In this document: positions 39,101 through 54,100 of the stretch, piece after piece
How positions within the stretch are numbered: the first letter of the stretch is position 1
How the letters are laid out: every line of letters starts with the position of its first letter
Origin: Hydrolagus affinis
Lineage: Eukaryota
Assembly: GCA_012026655.1 (NCBI GenBank)
Contig: JAAILG010001244.1
Span: forward strand, 1 to 64,000
Length of the DNA: 64,000 nucleotides
Direction of reading: 5' to 3'
Notes under the pieces: model-generated
Seen by the model: only the letters and a program-made list of their open reading frames with translations
The model's database searches: none
Told to the model about the DNA's origin: nothing
Made by a program: the position numbers and the translations under genes

Positions 39101-42100
39101 CTTGGGGCATCCTCTAGGCATGAAAAGTACTGCACAAATGTAATCTGTTGTTGTTGCATGTTGCAAAAGTTAGATATTACGAAACCTCCCTTCTCTCATT
39201 GTGACAATGGGAACGCCTGCTTCTAATGCGTTCGAAACAAAATGAGAGTCACAGAGAGTTGCAGATGAATAGATTGAGAGAAAGGTTTTCTACCAATTGA
39301 TTGAAGCTGGTAGAACTCAGAGAAACACCCAGCACAGAAAGTAGCCCTTCGTCTCACATAAAACACCAGAGGTAGATAATTAAATATCACATTGTCTTGG
39401 TATTTAGTATTAGTTCTAGCATTTACAACATATAAATCTTCTATGTTTAATTGTTGATATCCAATGATTATGTGAACGTAAGAAGCAGGAATGAAGAAAA
39501 CTTACGAAGTGTCGCTACTGTCATTTCTTGATTCACCTTATTTAATCATATAATAATTTCTTGTCCATTATATAATCAGATCAGGCATAACTAATAACAA
39601 TATATATTACTATTATATTATTATATTATATTTTCTGCTTCAAATTGACATTTTTAATGCATTTATAAAGTATCTCAAGCTGTTTGAGATTTTATTATTT
39701 TGCTGTATATCCTACTTTCTCACACAACTTGGTATTTTAAGCATGTATCTACCATCCAGATTTGATAACTTTGTCAAGTTTATTTATAAATAGTATGAGT
39801 AGCTGAGGTTCACAGATAGAATGCTGTACTCTGCAGATCATCCCTCCCAATAAAGCCCCAATGCCTTTGATTACCACCCTTTGTTTCTTACTATTGCTCA
39901 GTTTACATTTTTTGTTAATCTCTTCAGTGCAAGAGTCTTATCAAATACCTTCTGACACTATATGTGAGTGTAACATCCACCAGCCCTCCTTATCAGCCAC
40001 ATTTGTAACATCCCCAGAACACTCTAAATGTAAAGGAAGACGTAAATTGTTTAAATGACTAATAATACATTTGAGGTCAACACATGTCCATGAAAGAAAG
40101 AAAGTCATATAATGATGAATATATTTGCAATGATGAATACATTTCATGTCTTGCCTTTCATAGACTTGTTTTGACCTGAAATTGTTGCTCATACTCTTGC
40201 TTGTATTAATGTAAAAACATGTTTTTCTGCAGAAGGGAATAATAGTCAAGCTGGATAAAAGTAACTATTGTAACTTGAGATGTGCATGTTTTAGTAGAAT
40301 GGATTTGCTATTGTCACATTGGTGAAATAGTGTTACTTGGGATGATATTAAATTGCTGTGTTACTTGCTTGTGTAATATTAAATTTAATCAGAACAATAT
40401 ACGGAGGAGTGACATTTGTGCCTATAATTAAAAATGCATAAAATAAGTATTATATTGTATTGTGTTTCACCAGTGCAGGCAAATGTGAAGATCACTTAGT
40501 GACTCCACATGAGGATTCATGAGTTAGGAAGTAAAAGCAGGGAAATAGTATTAAATGCTCTATCATAGTAGATTAAATAGTGTGACAGATTGAACAGGCA
40601 AAATGTTTTTGCCTGTTTCCTGGAATCCTAAACCATATTTGTGGTCTGTTAAAAGTAATGGAGCTAGTAGTGACTCAATGAAAATTTTCCAACATGATCT
40701 TAAAATTTGGTTTATCGGTGACTAAAACAATGGCAGAACTGAACTCCGGTATTTCTTGGTAAAAAGAAACTTAAGAAATCCTCCCTTGACTGATTGAACA
40801 TTGTTATTTACGAGTTTCACGTTGTGTTTCCTTATTAATAAGCAAACCCATTAATCTTTCAGTGGGTTCAATCTTCTAAGGGTTTTAAACATCCTGCTTA
40901 TACAAAGCATAATTATTAGAGTAAGGGTGATGAGTAAACAGAGGGTCATGGGAGGTACAGTACTCAAAGATCACTCTATTGCTCACTATTAGCAAATAAG
41001 TTCTAAAATACTATATTTCTATTCACAATGTTGACAGCCACAACAACAGTAAAATTATATTTGTAGAGTGCCTTTCATGTCGGGAGGACGTTCCAAGGCG
41101 CTGATAAGGAGTACAAGTAAGGAGTTGAATAACTTTAAGTTTCTATTGATCAAATTTTGAGAGGCAATCAAACTGCTGAATGGCTGAAATTTAACTTGTA
41201 CCTCTTGGTAAAATGGCCATCAAACATTGTTGGTGAACAATTGTACAAAATCGAGCAGAAAATGGATAAGGTATAAAAACTCAAATAATAATAATAATCC
41301 TTGCATTTGAAATAGCACTTTTCATGCCTTCCAGACATCTTAAAGCACTTCTCAGAATATACCATAAAGTGAATTGACTGTATATTTGTGGGTGAAAATG
41401 CAATTCCAGATAGAGACATAGAAATAGGAGAAGGCCATTCAGTCCCTTGAGCCTTGCCTGCCATTCTATCATATCATGGCCACTCCGTACATCAACTCCA
41501 ATTACCCGCTCTTGCTCCATATCCCTTGATACCCTGACCTAACAAATATATACCCTGACAACAAATATGCATTGGATACTAGGGGAAGGAGTGTCTCTCA
41601 TGCAGGTTTGGTTCAAATGGAGATTTCAAATGAAATTAAAGGGTTAAACCTAAAGTGGATGTCTACAGTTGGAAATCAAATTGATTGAAGATACGTCTCC
41701 ATTTGATTAATTAAGGTCAAATTACATGACCTTAAAGTCTGTAAAGTCAATTTTACTTGTTTTCTTTCATTCCTCCAATTGTTTTTCTTAGCCTGTTTGA
41801 AGGTAATAATTCATACTGACATACAGTCCAGAACCTTGGGCAACAGAAGGTGCGCCATAGCTTATTGAAGTCTTAATTAAGACTTAAGTCTCCAGTATCT
41901 TGTCCTCTCAATGTGAAAGATGCTAAATAAATATAAATTTCTATTGCACTGAACCATTGGAAGGAATTCTGTGTGTTTACTTTCAGATGTTTTCCTAGGC
42001 TATTATGTACAGATTTTGGGAAACTCCAATCCATCTATTGCTGAGATAGGACCATTATTAAAAAATGACAATGAGTTCCTATCTCTGCAGTCTTATCCTC

Positions 42101-45100
42101 GATGATGTTGATATTCAAGGCATTATAGGATCTGGCATCCTTCCTATCATCAGAAAAGCCTTAGCACTGTACTATATGACAGCTTAATTCATTGGCTTCA
42201 CAAATTATATTAATTTAGTGCTACTCGATGTTTCCTCAGTGATAAGGATATTCATAACTCCGTAGAGTTCAATCGTTAGAAAGTGAGGAATGCACTACGT
42301 TTACAAAACACACTTTCCTGAAGCCTTAATTTGATTAAATTCAAGAGTAAAGTGTTGCTTTCTGTTAGCTGTTCTCCTTATGCCTCTATTAAGACTTCCC
42401 AACAACCGCTGAGAAGATGGATAAGCATTCCTAGTCCTCTACCAGTGATCCTCTGAGACCTCAAAAGAATGTGGTGCAAGAAAGTGCTATGGAGCATGGG
42501 GTCCTCTCCCCCACCACCACCCCCAAGAGATTTTTTTTCCCTATGAAATAGGAGCTGGCCTCACACAACCCTTCCTCACTGTTGAAATGCAGGGCTCACT
42601 AAATGGAGAAATTGTGGTTGTGAAACATGAACTCAATCCCATCATGATGTTTTGCCCATCATGACTTGCTCTTTAGTTGTGTGAAAACACTGCAAAGTCA
42701 AAGAGGCAAACAGGAAGCCCAAACACTGATGGGTGTAATGATTTTTCTCCAAAGAGGTTCACAAGAAATGGCTGTTTTCCTCCCTGTGACAAATATGAAG
42801 CAAACAATGGCTCTGCAGTCATGGGATCTGCACATTCTTTGTGTGGAAATGGCAAGTCATTGATAAGGCTTCTTCCTTTCAACATAAACACTAAAAAGTG
42901 ACAACGAAAAAGGGAGAAATCATTACACAGGGAGAACAAACGAGTCCCGCTCAGAGTCAGCAGTTTGGATTTGTGCACGCTCTGCTTTGATAAGCAGTTT
43001 GCCTACTTTGAACAGAAACCTGGTCAAATGTAGTATCTGATCCAATAGTCTGAGTATCCAGCCAGTAAAACGTCATCTATCATTTCCTTTTTTTTAATAT
43101 AAGTTATATGTCCTTCTGTTGTCCCATTTTTCCCATTGTTCCATCAGCTCTTTTCAGACAAATTACCTAGGCTTTAAAGGAGGTGGAGTATATGGCACTC
43201 TGCAAAGATCTCTCTCATGATAACATCTGCTTGTCTCTCTCCAGGCTCCATTAACTCACTGCCTCTCAATGGATTGATTTCAAGGTTCTCATCTGTAATG
43301 CCCTTTACCGTAGCATCTTCCCCGTGAACTTCTACTCCGTTCTTCTGTTAGCTCACTGTTAGCTCACTTCTGCCGGGGGGCGCTGCGGCGGGTGGAGTCA
43401 GTCACCCAGTCACCCGCCTCGGCCCCCCCCGGCAGCCCCCCCCCTTCACTCGGTTAATTCAGTCATTAAAATACACAGTCAATTCACTTTACAGTATATT
43501 CTGTGAAGTGCTTTGAAATGTCTTGAAGACATGATAAGGCTCTATATCAACTGCAAAGATTATTCTTATTATTCTTATTATCCTACATGCAGGATACTGT
43601 ATAAATGCATAGAGTTTTGTGATTGTGCAAATAAGAATGATATTGCAGATTCACTTAGAGTGCTGAACGGTTTTGATCTAACACCGTGCCACTCGTCTAA
43701 TGCAAATTGGTGTGTTTAGAATGCCCAGGTGGAGCTGATTTACCTTGCAGTGACAAAGGAACTTGTTTTGACGGCATGGGAGGCAATGGTGTTTGCAACT
43801 GTAAGGTAGGTTATTTGCTAACCATGTATAGATCAGTAACAGTGCTAAGTATCAATGAAACAAGTTGAAGGATCGTCTCTAATAGTTAGTGATCCATATT
43901 GTAGCTTTACTTCAATTAAGACAATAACCAACCCAGGTTGCTAAGGACCTGAAGGGCTGGCAAAGGTCACTGAGTTTAGGGATCCTGTAAAAAATCAAAC
44001 TCTGCTTCCTGTTTTGACATTGGGCATTGAAAGGCTTTCAGCAACAAGCAATTTTGCCAGTTTTAAGTAAAATGTGTACCATAGATTTTTGATGACTTTA
44101 CTGTTTCCATTATTTGTGCAAGGGGATCAGTAACAAAGTTCAGAAGTTTACCCGTGGAAAATGCATCGATGGTAATTGTTTGGAATTGACATATATTGTC
44201 TATATTGTGTTCAGTGCTTGTACTCATTTATTTTAACACTGTGACTCATCCTATGGCTCATGATTTTAGCCATTATCCAACCCTTGTGCAATCTAATATT
44301 GGTGAGATAATGTATTCTATTCTTACACTTATTACAGGAAGGCTTTAGTGGAGTAGCCTGTGAGAATTGTGCGAAAGAAAATTTGTACGGACTTGACTGT
44401 GCTTCTGGTGAGACTTAACAGTAAACTAATTATCTAATACTTTGTATTTACTGTTATATATAGTGCATTTTGTATAATATATATATATATACACATATAG
44501 GCCAAAAATTACTTCAAATAGTTTACATATCTTAACCTATAATAGGTTAAACATAACTTGATTACATTTATTTCTGTCTATTCTGATAACAAATAGGAAG
44601 AATTTTCAATGGTAATTTCATTTTGTAGTTAAGCTAGTTAGCATTTCTTCTTGTTATTTTTCCAAATAACGACTTCAATTATTTCTCTTTTGCGTTAAAT
44701 TCGAAAGCTCAGGGATTGTTGTCAAAGATGGAGATCATTCTTTGATGGCCTGGGAGTAATGGTGTTTACTGACCTTGACTGGCATCTTATTGTCCAACGG
44801 TTTATTCAATTTAAAAGCTCACATTGCAGGGTCAAAACAATTGACATGTTCATCAACCAATGCTAATCAATATAGATCATGTTCTCATCACCTACACCTT
44901 GAGTCACTTAATCTATGAGATGCTAGAGGATAATAAAAAAAATTCCATCTTGTTTTGAGGACATTTTAGCTGTAATTCTTTTACAGGTTTTTTTTACGGA
45001 ATAAGAAAACTGGTCAACTGCAGAAGTTAGATGTCGGTTTGGCTCAGTTGGTAGCACTTCTGATTCCACGTTAGAAAGTCGTGGTTTCAATCTTGTTGAA

Positions 45101-48100
45101 AGATATTGAACTCACAGTCTGTGTTCATACTCCAGTGCAGTGTTGGGGGAAATTCACCTAGAAACGCACAATAATTACTGTGAGATGCTTCAAGGTTATG
45201 GAGGTTATATCAAATGCAAGCATTATATTTATTTTTGTCAACTAATCCTTTCTCGTTCTCTTGACTAAATGTAGAAATGTGACTGTGGCATCATTCTGTG
45301 TGATCTTAAAAGAGCACTGATCTCATTGCTTTGTAGAGTGTGAATGTGTTCATGGACAATGTAACAGCGGAATCACTGGCAATGGAACGTGCACATGTTA
45401 TTCAGGATACAAAGGAACAAAGTGCGATGAGCGTAAGTACTGGAATCAGGTTTCATCCTGGTTGAATATCTTGCCACGACTGACATCGGATAAAATATAA
45501 GGGATAAGAAATTTGAGGGAATATTTTGGGTAGTGGCAACATAACCGGTTTTGTTACTTTAGTGTTACACAATTTTTCTGTGCAATATCTTATGCCAACA
45601 TCTGGATATTCCACCATCCACAATGTGTGTAATTCATTTGACTTCTTTGTTGAATTCAAAATCCCTAATGTAGAATACAGTGTTGGGTTTGAAAGTATGG
45701 ATAGTAGTGGAATTAGTTGAAATTTGGAAGAACAGCTTATTCTGTTTGCCAGAATTTAGACAATGGAAACCTGTGAACAGAGGAACCAAAGTCATTTGTA
45801 TTTTATATTTAAAGGTTATTTACTTATTTATTCCTGTTCTATATATTTCTATATATGTGTTTGTGTTTGTTTGTTGTTAGTAAGCTGGAAAAGTTGCATT
45901 AGTTCAATAAATGTAGTTACAACCAACAACATTGGCTGTTATGCTCATGTATAGCAATATCACTGAAATGACAATTGTGCAGTAACACAAGCCAGTACCC
46001 AATGCCTGTTTAAGATGTTCATCCTACACAAGAATAGTTACACACAGAATTGCTATGGTATTTTAAATATGTGTTTTAAAACATTTTCGTGATACTTTCA
46101 AGCTATTCCTGCCTGTCGGGCATTGCAGTGTCCTGACAAAACTAGGTGTTCTGAAGAAATGGACACTGGGAAGCTTGTCTGCAAATGCCTGCCTAATTAC
46201 CAGAACAAGAATGGGAGCCTGTTGTGCGAACGTAAGTGTTGATCACCATTTAACTATCAGAATTCTTCAAATATTTTAACTCTACAGTTAATGCAGCGAA
46301 AAGTATAGCAGATCATTATAGCACAGCAGCGATTGAGTCCAGAGCAAGCTTGGTGTTTGATTTCCTGGATATTTATCCCTTTGTGTTGTTCTTGTTCCAG
46401 CAATTAATCCATGTCTTTCTAATGTGTGTGGCCCCAATGCTGAGTGTACCTATCTTGGACCAAACCAGCACAAATGCACCTGTCGAGGTGGTTATCGTGG
46501 TGATGGGCAGATTTGTCTCCCAATTGATCCTTGCCAGAACCGTTTTGGAGACTGTCCTACAAACTCAACTGTTTGCATATATGATGGTCCTGGAAAGGTT
46601 AGTTTCTATCCAGTGTTCTGACCTCGTTAATCCTCAATGTATATTGCAACATCAACAACAAAATTACATTTGTAGAGCGTCTTTCACGTCCGGTGGACGT
46701 CCCAAGGCGCTCCCAACACTATTAATTTACAACGGATATAATTTTAATGGTTTGCTAATTAAATACACAGACAATTCACATTACAGTATATTCTGTGAAG
46801 CGCTTTGAGACGTCTAGAAGACGTAAAAAGCGCTATATCAAATGCAAGGATTATTATTAATTCACTAAATCTGTTTGGATCTATTTCTAGGTTTTATATT
46901 CAAACACATAGATTGAAAGATGTGTGTATATATATATTATATATAAATCTATATATAGTTTGAAAAGGATGAAGATTTCCTTTTATATTCACTGAAGTGT
47001 ATATAATGACAATTCAACTGTATAAAAATCCTTATCTTGTAAGAATTGTGGCAAGAGAGCAATAGATAGAAAATGTTTATAAGATGCCTTGTAACAATTT
47101 GACAGTGTTGCTGTTTGGATGGAGGTCACATTGAAATAGTGGTAGCTATTCTGACTAAACTATGTTTAACTTAGATTTTCTTTCTTCATTCAGTCCCACT
47201 GTGAGTGTAAGGACGGTTATGAAAATCTATTAGCAGGAGCAGGATGCAGCATAGTCGATGTGTGCAAGACAAACAATACATGTGATAAAAATGCTAAATG
47301 TCTGACTATTTCTATGGGACAGATTGAGTAAGTACAGTATCTTCATTTACTATGGTTTACCAAATAATCTTAACTGTGAATAAATTAAAAAAGAAGCAAC
47401 TCGAGCTTTGGAAATCTTAAATGTAAACAATGTTAATAATAATAATCATCATAATCCTTGCATTTTATCTAGTGCTTTTCACGTCTTCTAGATGTCTCAA
47501 AGCGCTTCACAGAATATAGTGTAAATTTATAGTGTACATTTGTGGGCAAAATGCGGCAGCCAGTTGTGTACAGCAGCGTCCCACAAATAGTTGTGGATTA
47601 AAGTGACCAATTTTATTATTGTTTTATAAAGTGAATTAACATTTGATAGACAGAAAGATTGTTTCACTTTTCCGGGATTAAAACTTCACCAGAATGATCA
47701 AGTTTCAAGAAAGGTCACACCCATAATGTTACCCATTCCTCCTTCAGACGCTGTGGGATTTACTGTGGATGGATATATTACGCTTGTTTGTAAATATAAA
47801 TGCTTACTATTAGTTAATGGCTGTAGAAAACAAATTCAGAAGCCTGGTAATTAAAGGCTAATGTTACAATACAAATTAATTTACCTAATATAATATATAA
47901 TGAAAGTATTGATTGATTGATTGATTGATCGATTGATCGATTGATCGATATAGTACTTTTTATGTTGGGAGACATTTGAAAGTACTTGACAATGGTAGAT
48001 GGACACCTGAGTTGGGAGGGTGGGGAGGAGAAAGATGGCCAATGCACTGTTAAATAGGTTACATTTTGAAACGTGCTTAATATTCTATATGATCTAGTGG

Positions 48101-51100
48101 AAGTTGTGTATCTTCATACAAGATTTCTTTTTATCTGTAATTTGTAAGTCTTGTAAATTTGTACGTCTGTAAATCTTTTTACCATGGGAATTTTCCCCAA
48201 AATGTGATTCAGTGGCTTTTTCTAGGCATCAGAAATATTGCAAGACATATTTGTACATTGTAGTGTTATGTGATATATAATTTAACCTACTGGTAGACTA
48301 TAAGGAACTATTCTGTGGTTTATATGTTTTGTACTGTTAAGGAAACTCCATAATGTAATGTTATATGTAAATGTCCTATCAGATGCACTTGCAATAAGGG
48401 ATATACTGGCGATGGGTCTGTTTGCTATGGAAGTATTATGCAGAGAATCAAGGATCTGAACACTCAGCCTGGAGGACGATGGCAGGGGAGATTGACATCA
48501 GCGATGTTGCTTTTTGGTAATTTTTTTCAGTTGGTGTTTTGTGATTATGGATTTTACAATAATTGTGACAAAACAACTTGCTCAATAATTCATTATCAGT
48601 TGCTTTCCCATCTTAGCCAAGATCATGATTTGAAATTTCTTAAATCATAATCGCTGTTGAAATTTATCGATTTATAAATATTCAAGAGGTAACAGATCCT
48701 GCATTTGGCATTTTCAGTTGTGAATAAATAGTTTATTTGCACTAATTTTAATTGATGTTAGTTTGAACATATTGATGCATATTGATATAGTGATTTCTAT
48801 TTTTCTACCTGTATTAATAACATAAAAGTGTCAGATACTCATGATTTTATAATCTATGGTTAATTTTCTACAATTGTATCTCCCAGGTACCAGTTACTCC
48901 TGGCCACTGACCGATCTGGGACCTTTTACCTTATTTCTACCTATTGATAACGGCTTTAAAGGGATTAACGTAAGTGAGAAGGGAAATGTTTCAATCACAT
49001 ACAATTACATACTCCTGGTGAGATTCGAATATACTTTAAGCTGATGAAAAACATAACTGAAAACAGTTGATGCAACACACTAAGAAAGTATCCAATGAAC
49101 ATTTGGAAAGATGGGATTTTACTCCCCAAATGTCTTGTATTTTAAACCAGATAAATGCCATTATATCAGATAAGGAGAGGACCCAATACCTTGCAAAGCT
49201 GCACATCATTGCCGGCCAGATGAGCATTGAGGACTTAAATGCCACTTACGTGTTTTACACTTTAACAGGGAGGTCAGGAGAGATGACAAATAAAGACAAG
49301 GTGAGTTTTTCATACGCCACATCTTTCCTCTTGGTTTAGCAGCAGGTAACGGTGGAAAATCATTTAAACTACTTGTATTTCAAAGCACTTTGAGAGGTTA
49401 CCCTGTGCGAGCGTCATTTGAATGTACAAGTTGTTACATAGCATGTTACAAAAGACCACGAGACAAAGAGTACGTTCAGTACAATTTTTGTTTTGATGTT
49501 TTGTGGCACCGTAAGACAACTGCCAACAGCCAAAAATATTTCCTGTGTGTTTTTCTCTGGTAAAGCAGGAAAAGGAAGTTAACAATTCTGCCAGTTTGTG
49601 TCCGTCCTGTGAACTTAAGTACAATGCATCATCAGCATTCTGACTCGCAACCTGAAATAACAAGCACACTTTGGAAGCAACCTTTTGGGGATTATGAAGA
49701 ATGGAGTGTAAAAATTGTCCACCCAACCGTATCTCCACAACCCAGCAGACACATAGATAGCTTGCTTTACACTGTTTTCACATTATTGGTCTTGATATAT
49801 TGTCACAAACTGGATATACTTCATTGGTACACAGTAGGACTAATATACTGTATTTATATTGGACTTAAAAGGGATTATTGGGGAGAAATGCTACCTACCG
49901 GGTTGAAATTTATTCTAGTTTTATAGCATTTTCACCCCTTGGCAAATTTAATTCAACCTTATTTTTGAGGCATTATTTTTGTACGTCCTCCCGACGTGCA
50001 AGGTGCTCTATAAATGTTATTTAGCTGTTGGTGTTGTACCAAGAAATCTGGCTTCAAATTTAAGACTATTTTTTTAAATTCCCAACTACTGGGCCCTATG
50101 AAATACTATGCAAATAAGATCTATCTCTAAATCTAGATCTATGTCTAATTTAAACCCCATCATGAAATATATATCTAGAATTTTGTGTACATACCCATAC
50201 AGTACAATTTCTTTTCAAATGTGGTAAATGTGGTTTCTTTTCTATGTGTTTGTCTTGATTAGGGTAAGCAGTTAAGTCTGCGCATTTATGGAAGCAGGAA
50301 AAAAGGAACAATTCTTCAAGGCAATCTCATTGCTTCGAATGGCCTCATACATATTATTGATAAAGTAATAAATGGTGTTGAACCAACCATCAAGAGCAGT
50401 ACGGAGGTAAAATCATGCCTGTGAAACTAGTGTGTAAATAATGAAAGACCATTGAAATTATTTATTCAGAACATAAAATTCTGGGTATTTTTCGGGATCT
50501 ATTTTCAGGGGAAAGTATTTAACGCAATTTTTTTAAAAGAAAACTTTGGAAAAACGAGAATTATTTTGGAACATCTGTCTAACTTAAATCTGCAAATTGA
50601 AGCCCTTGCATTTTGAAATAAAGCATTTGCAGTGAGGCGTTTTTTGGTGGATACACACTCACAGTCATCACAGATACCAGAATAAAATAGACAAACTTGA
50701 GTGTTAGGAATTCCAGTGATAATAATATTATTATCTTTTCTAACTAATTGATTCTCACCCCAAAAAAAGTGAAAATCTATTAAAAAAAAACTTCAAGATT
50801 CCTTAGAAATAATTGTAATTCTCTGAAGAATTACACATAGTATTTACATTTACATTGTAATAGAGTGAATGCTTCCTTATTTGGTTGCTTAAAAAAATAT
50901 GACCTGTCACATTCAGAGCCTGTGTTTTTGAATGTTATTCTTTTAAATGTATATTTTATTGTCCTGCGATTTATGGTATTGCTGATCACTTTTACAAGTT
51001 TTGTGTTCTACTCGTAACGCACAGAACATTTCTTTCCCCCTCCCCACTTCCCAGAAAACATTGCTCACAATAATTTCTGAAAATGGAAAGTTCAACCAGT

Positions 51101-54100
51101 TTGAAACACTATTACAGGTAAGACAGAATTAGGTGAATTAATTACTGTTTGGGGTAGAAATAATGCTAATCTTTACATAGCACTGAAAAAAGTGGGGGTC
51201 GGGGTGATGGGTAGGGGGCAGAGGTATTCTGGTTATTGGCTGGTTAGCTTGATTCAGAACTATTTTAGCACATTTCTGCGACATTTTGAGATCTCGTAGA
51301 GGCACGCAGTGAAGAGAGTGGTGCCAATTAAAGTCAATATAAAGATAGTAAGAAGAAACTTTCGTACACCAGCAGTTTCTCAGTCCGTTCTCGTTAGGAA
51401 AAAAACAACGACAACAACAAAAATCACATTTATAGAGCGCCTTTCACGTGGGAGGACATCTCTGAAACAAGAGAACTGTTATGGTTTTTACCTTGCCTTT
51501 TTAGAAAATAGAAAGATCATAACAAATAAACAAGGAACCGTTTGATGCATGAAGATAATCCAGGTTCTAGCAATCCGTCAGTGAAAAATAATCATCTGAC
51601 CTCTTTCTTTTTTCTTCGGGTGATAGCATTATCTGCTGTTTTATTTGCCTTCCTGTCACTGCCTAACAGAAATGTGGACTTGCACAAATGCTGGCGAGTC
51701 CTGGCCCGTTTACAGTCTTCATTCCGAGCAATAGCGCTTTTGGAAGATTGAAAGATGAAACACTGGATTATTTACTCTTACCAGAGGTAATAAAATAGTC
51801 AATTTCAAGTAAGAAGGGTTTAATCTGCCAGTTTATCCCATAGCTGTAAATTTTCTCATTTCCACTGTTTTGTTTTGTTGTCGGAGTTGTATGTATTGCT
51901 TTGATTTTATTTGTATCTCTTTTATTCAGGGTGAACACAAGCTTAAGGAATTGCTGAGACATCACATCATTCCTTCTTCTAAGGTTTGTTGTTCATTTAT
52001 TATTGCTTCTAAACGCAAATATCAAATCTGAAAGTGGGAATATGCAAATAAAAAACCCTCGCTACTCACTCAGTGATGTTCCTCTGCTGTATCATGCAAT
52101 GCTAATAATAGCTCCCAAATTAATACAAGATAAAATTAAACATTGTCTGCAACTATGTAATAATTGGTGTGTGCATCTTTAAATAAACCTGAGAAAAGGG
52201 AACAACATCACACCAGTTTAATTGCATAAAAGAACATTATATTTTTTAATTCCCCAAACAAGAATGGGTGCTTTAGTTTTTGCCCAGTTAAAAGATTATC
52301 ACTTTGTTCCAAACCTAACAGAACTTTTTTTTGTTTCACCAGCTGGATGTTTCGAATCTCCTCACCTCTCCGCTGATCCTTAGCCTGGCAAATCAACTCT
52401 TGACTGTGAACCTAAGCCACAATGTAAGTACATCACTCATTACTGAGCTCACTTACTTTTTTGTGGCAGGTACTTTATATGGACATTGTTTTCAAATTGG
52501 GGGAAAAAAACTATTAAATGCATCAGCCTATCCGCTCCCTCCACTCAGCAAAGGCTCGGTCTTTGATGGTTGGGCCTTCAGCCTCTCTGCTCCCACCCTC
52601 TGGAACTCTATCCCATGTTCCCGTCGCCTCACTCCCTCCCTCGCCTCTTTGAAAGCACGCCTCAAGACCCCCCTCTTCCACTGATACCCTCCAATCTTCT
52701 CCCCTCCCTGACTGGTGTTCCAAGCCCCAAAGTGAATCCACAACCTTCTGACTCGGAGGCAAGAGTCAGATGTAGGGGAAATCCATCACAAGATTTACGG
52801 TAATGTGTACATACTGTATATTACGTAGGTGAACACCGTTTATCGTGACGAGAAGGTTGGGACTAAATTACACAATTAAATTGCAAATTGGATTGGTTTT
52901 TAAAAAATCTTGTTGATCATTCATTCACAGGGGCAGATTGTGCTGGGTGACCAGGACGCAGGTATTACTGACGCAAACGCAATTGGCAAGAATGGCCGTA
53001 TCTATGCACTGGATAGTGTCTTAATTCCGCATTCAATTCTCCCAATTCTACCCCAAAGATGCGATGAGAAATCATACAGAATCAGAAAGGTAACGCTGCT
53101 GTCTGATACACTGACAGAATATTATTGCTGCATGTTTTTATCAACAAAATCGTTACGCTTACTTAGAAAATAGTTTTCTTCAACTTAGTTCTGAATGTAT
53201 TGAGTGACTAATTACAATATAAAAATTCTCTCATGGTTTTTATCTCCCACATATACATGCACCCACACCCTCCCACACTCACACCCACTCACATATACAA
53301 GAAGGAAATAATATATGGAGTTTTTTTTGATAACATCCACCCCTCTAAAGCCTTTCAAATATAACTTCAAAGACTTTCAATACTGTGTAATTTGCATACA
53401 GGCTAAGCAATATTTGTAATTGTCTAGTTATTATACTAGACATTTATTGAAAACTATTTGAACTGATTTCAAGTATTTTGCCCACATATTATAACACATA
53501 GAGGCGCATCACTTTCCAGTATATACTGGTAAGCGCTTTGAGATGTCTCGTTGACATGATTAGGTGCTACATATATCAAATGAAAGGATTATTGTTAGAT
53601 CAACTTATGTGTTTAATTTGTAATTTCACTGCTGGTCACAGTTAATTTAGGGAGGGTTTTTCAGTGCTGTAGGGCTATCAGTGGCGGAATACTGAGTAGC
53701 TCCATCAATTCCCACAGTCTCCATAATGGGATAAACAGGAGATTTGCAAAAACTAGACTTTCAAACCAACAAAATGCTTTCGTATTTATTCAGGGTTCCT
53801 GTGTCAGTTGCACCAAAAGGTACTTCAGCTTTTGTCCTCCTGGGATGGCTTCCATGGTAAGTGTACATTTACTGATTAATAATATAAATAATTTGGAATA
53901 AAATGCAAAATACTGCAGATGCTGGAAATCTGAAACAAAAACTGAAATGGCTGGGAACACTCAGCAGGTCACGCAGCATTGATGGAGAAGGAAAGTGGGT
54001 GAACGTTTCAGGTTGAATGGTCGTGGACGCAAAATGTTGACATCATTTGGAATGATTTGTCGAGAGGTCCATGTCAGAGCAAAGTCAATTGGGACTTTTA

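Noticed and set aside
39861-40058. ORF with hydrophobic N-terminus ([13 protein letters not shown]...) as possible STAB2 exon 1
   Set aside because: Lies after exons 2-3 and has no suitable donor; exon 1 at 36075-36158 fits phase and position
41868-41885. 18-bp perfect palindrome AAGTCTTAATTAAGACTT
   Set aside because: AT-rich, isolated, no associated element or function evident
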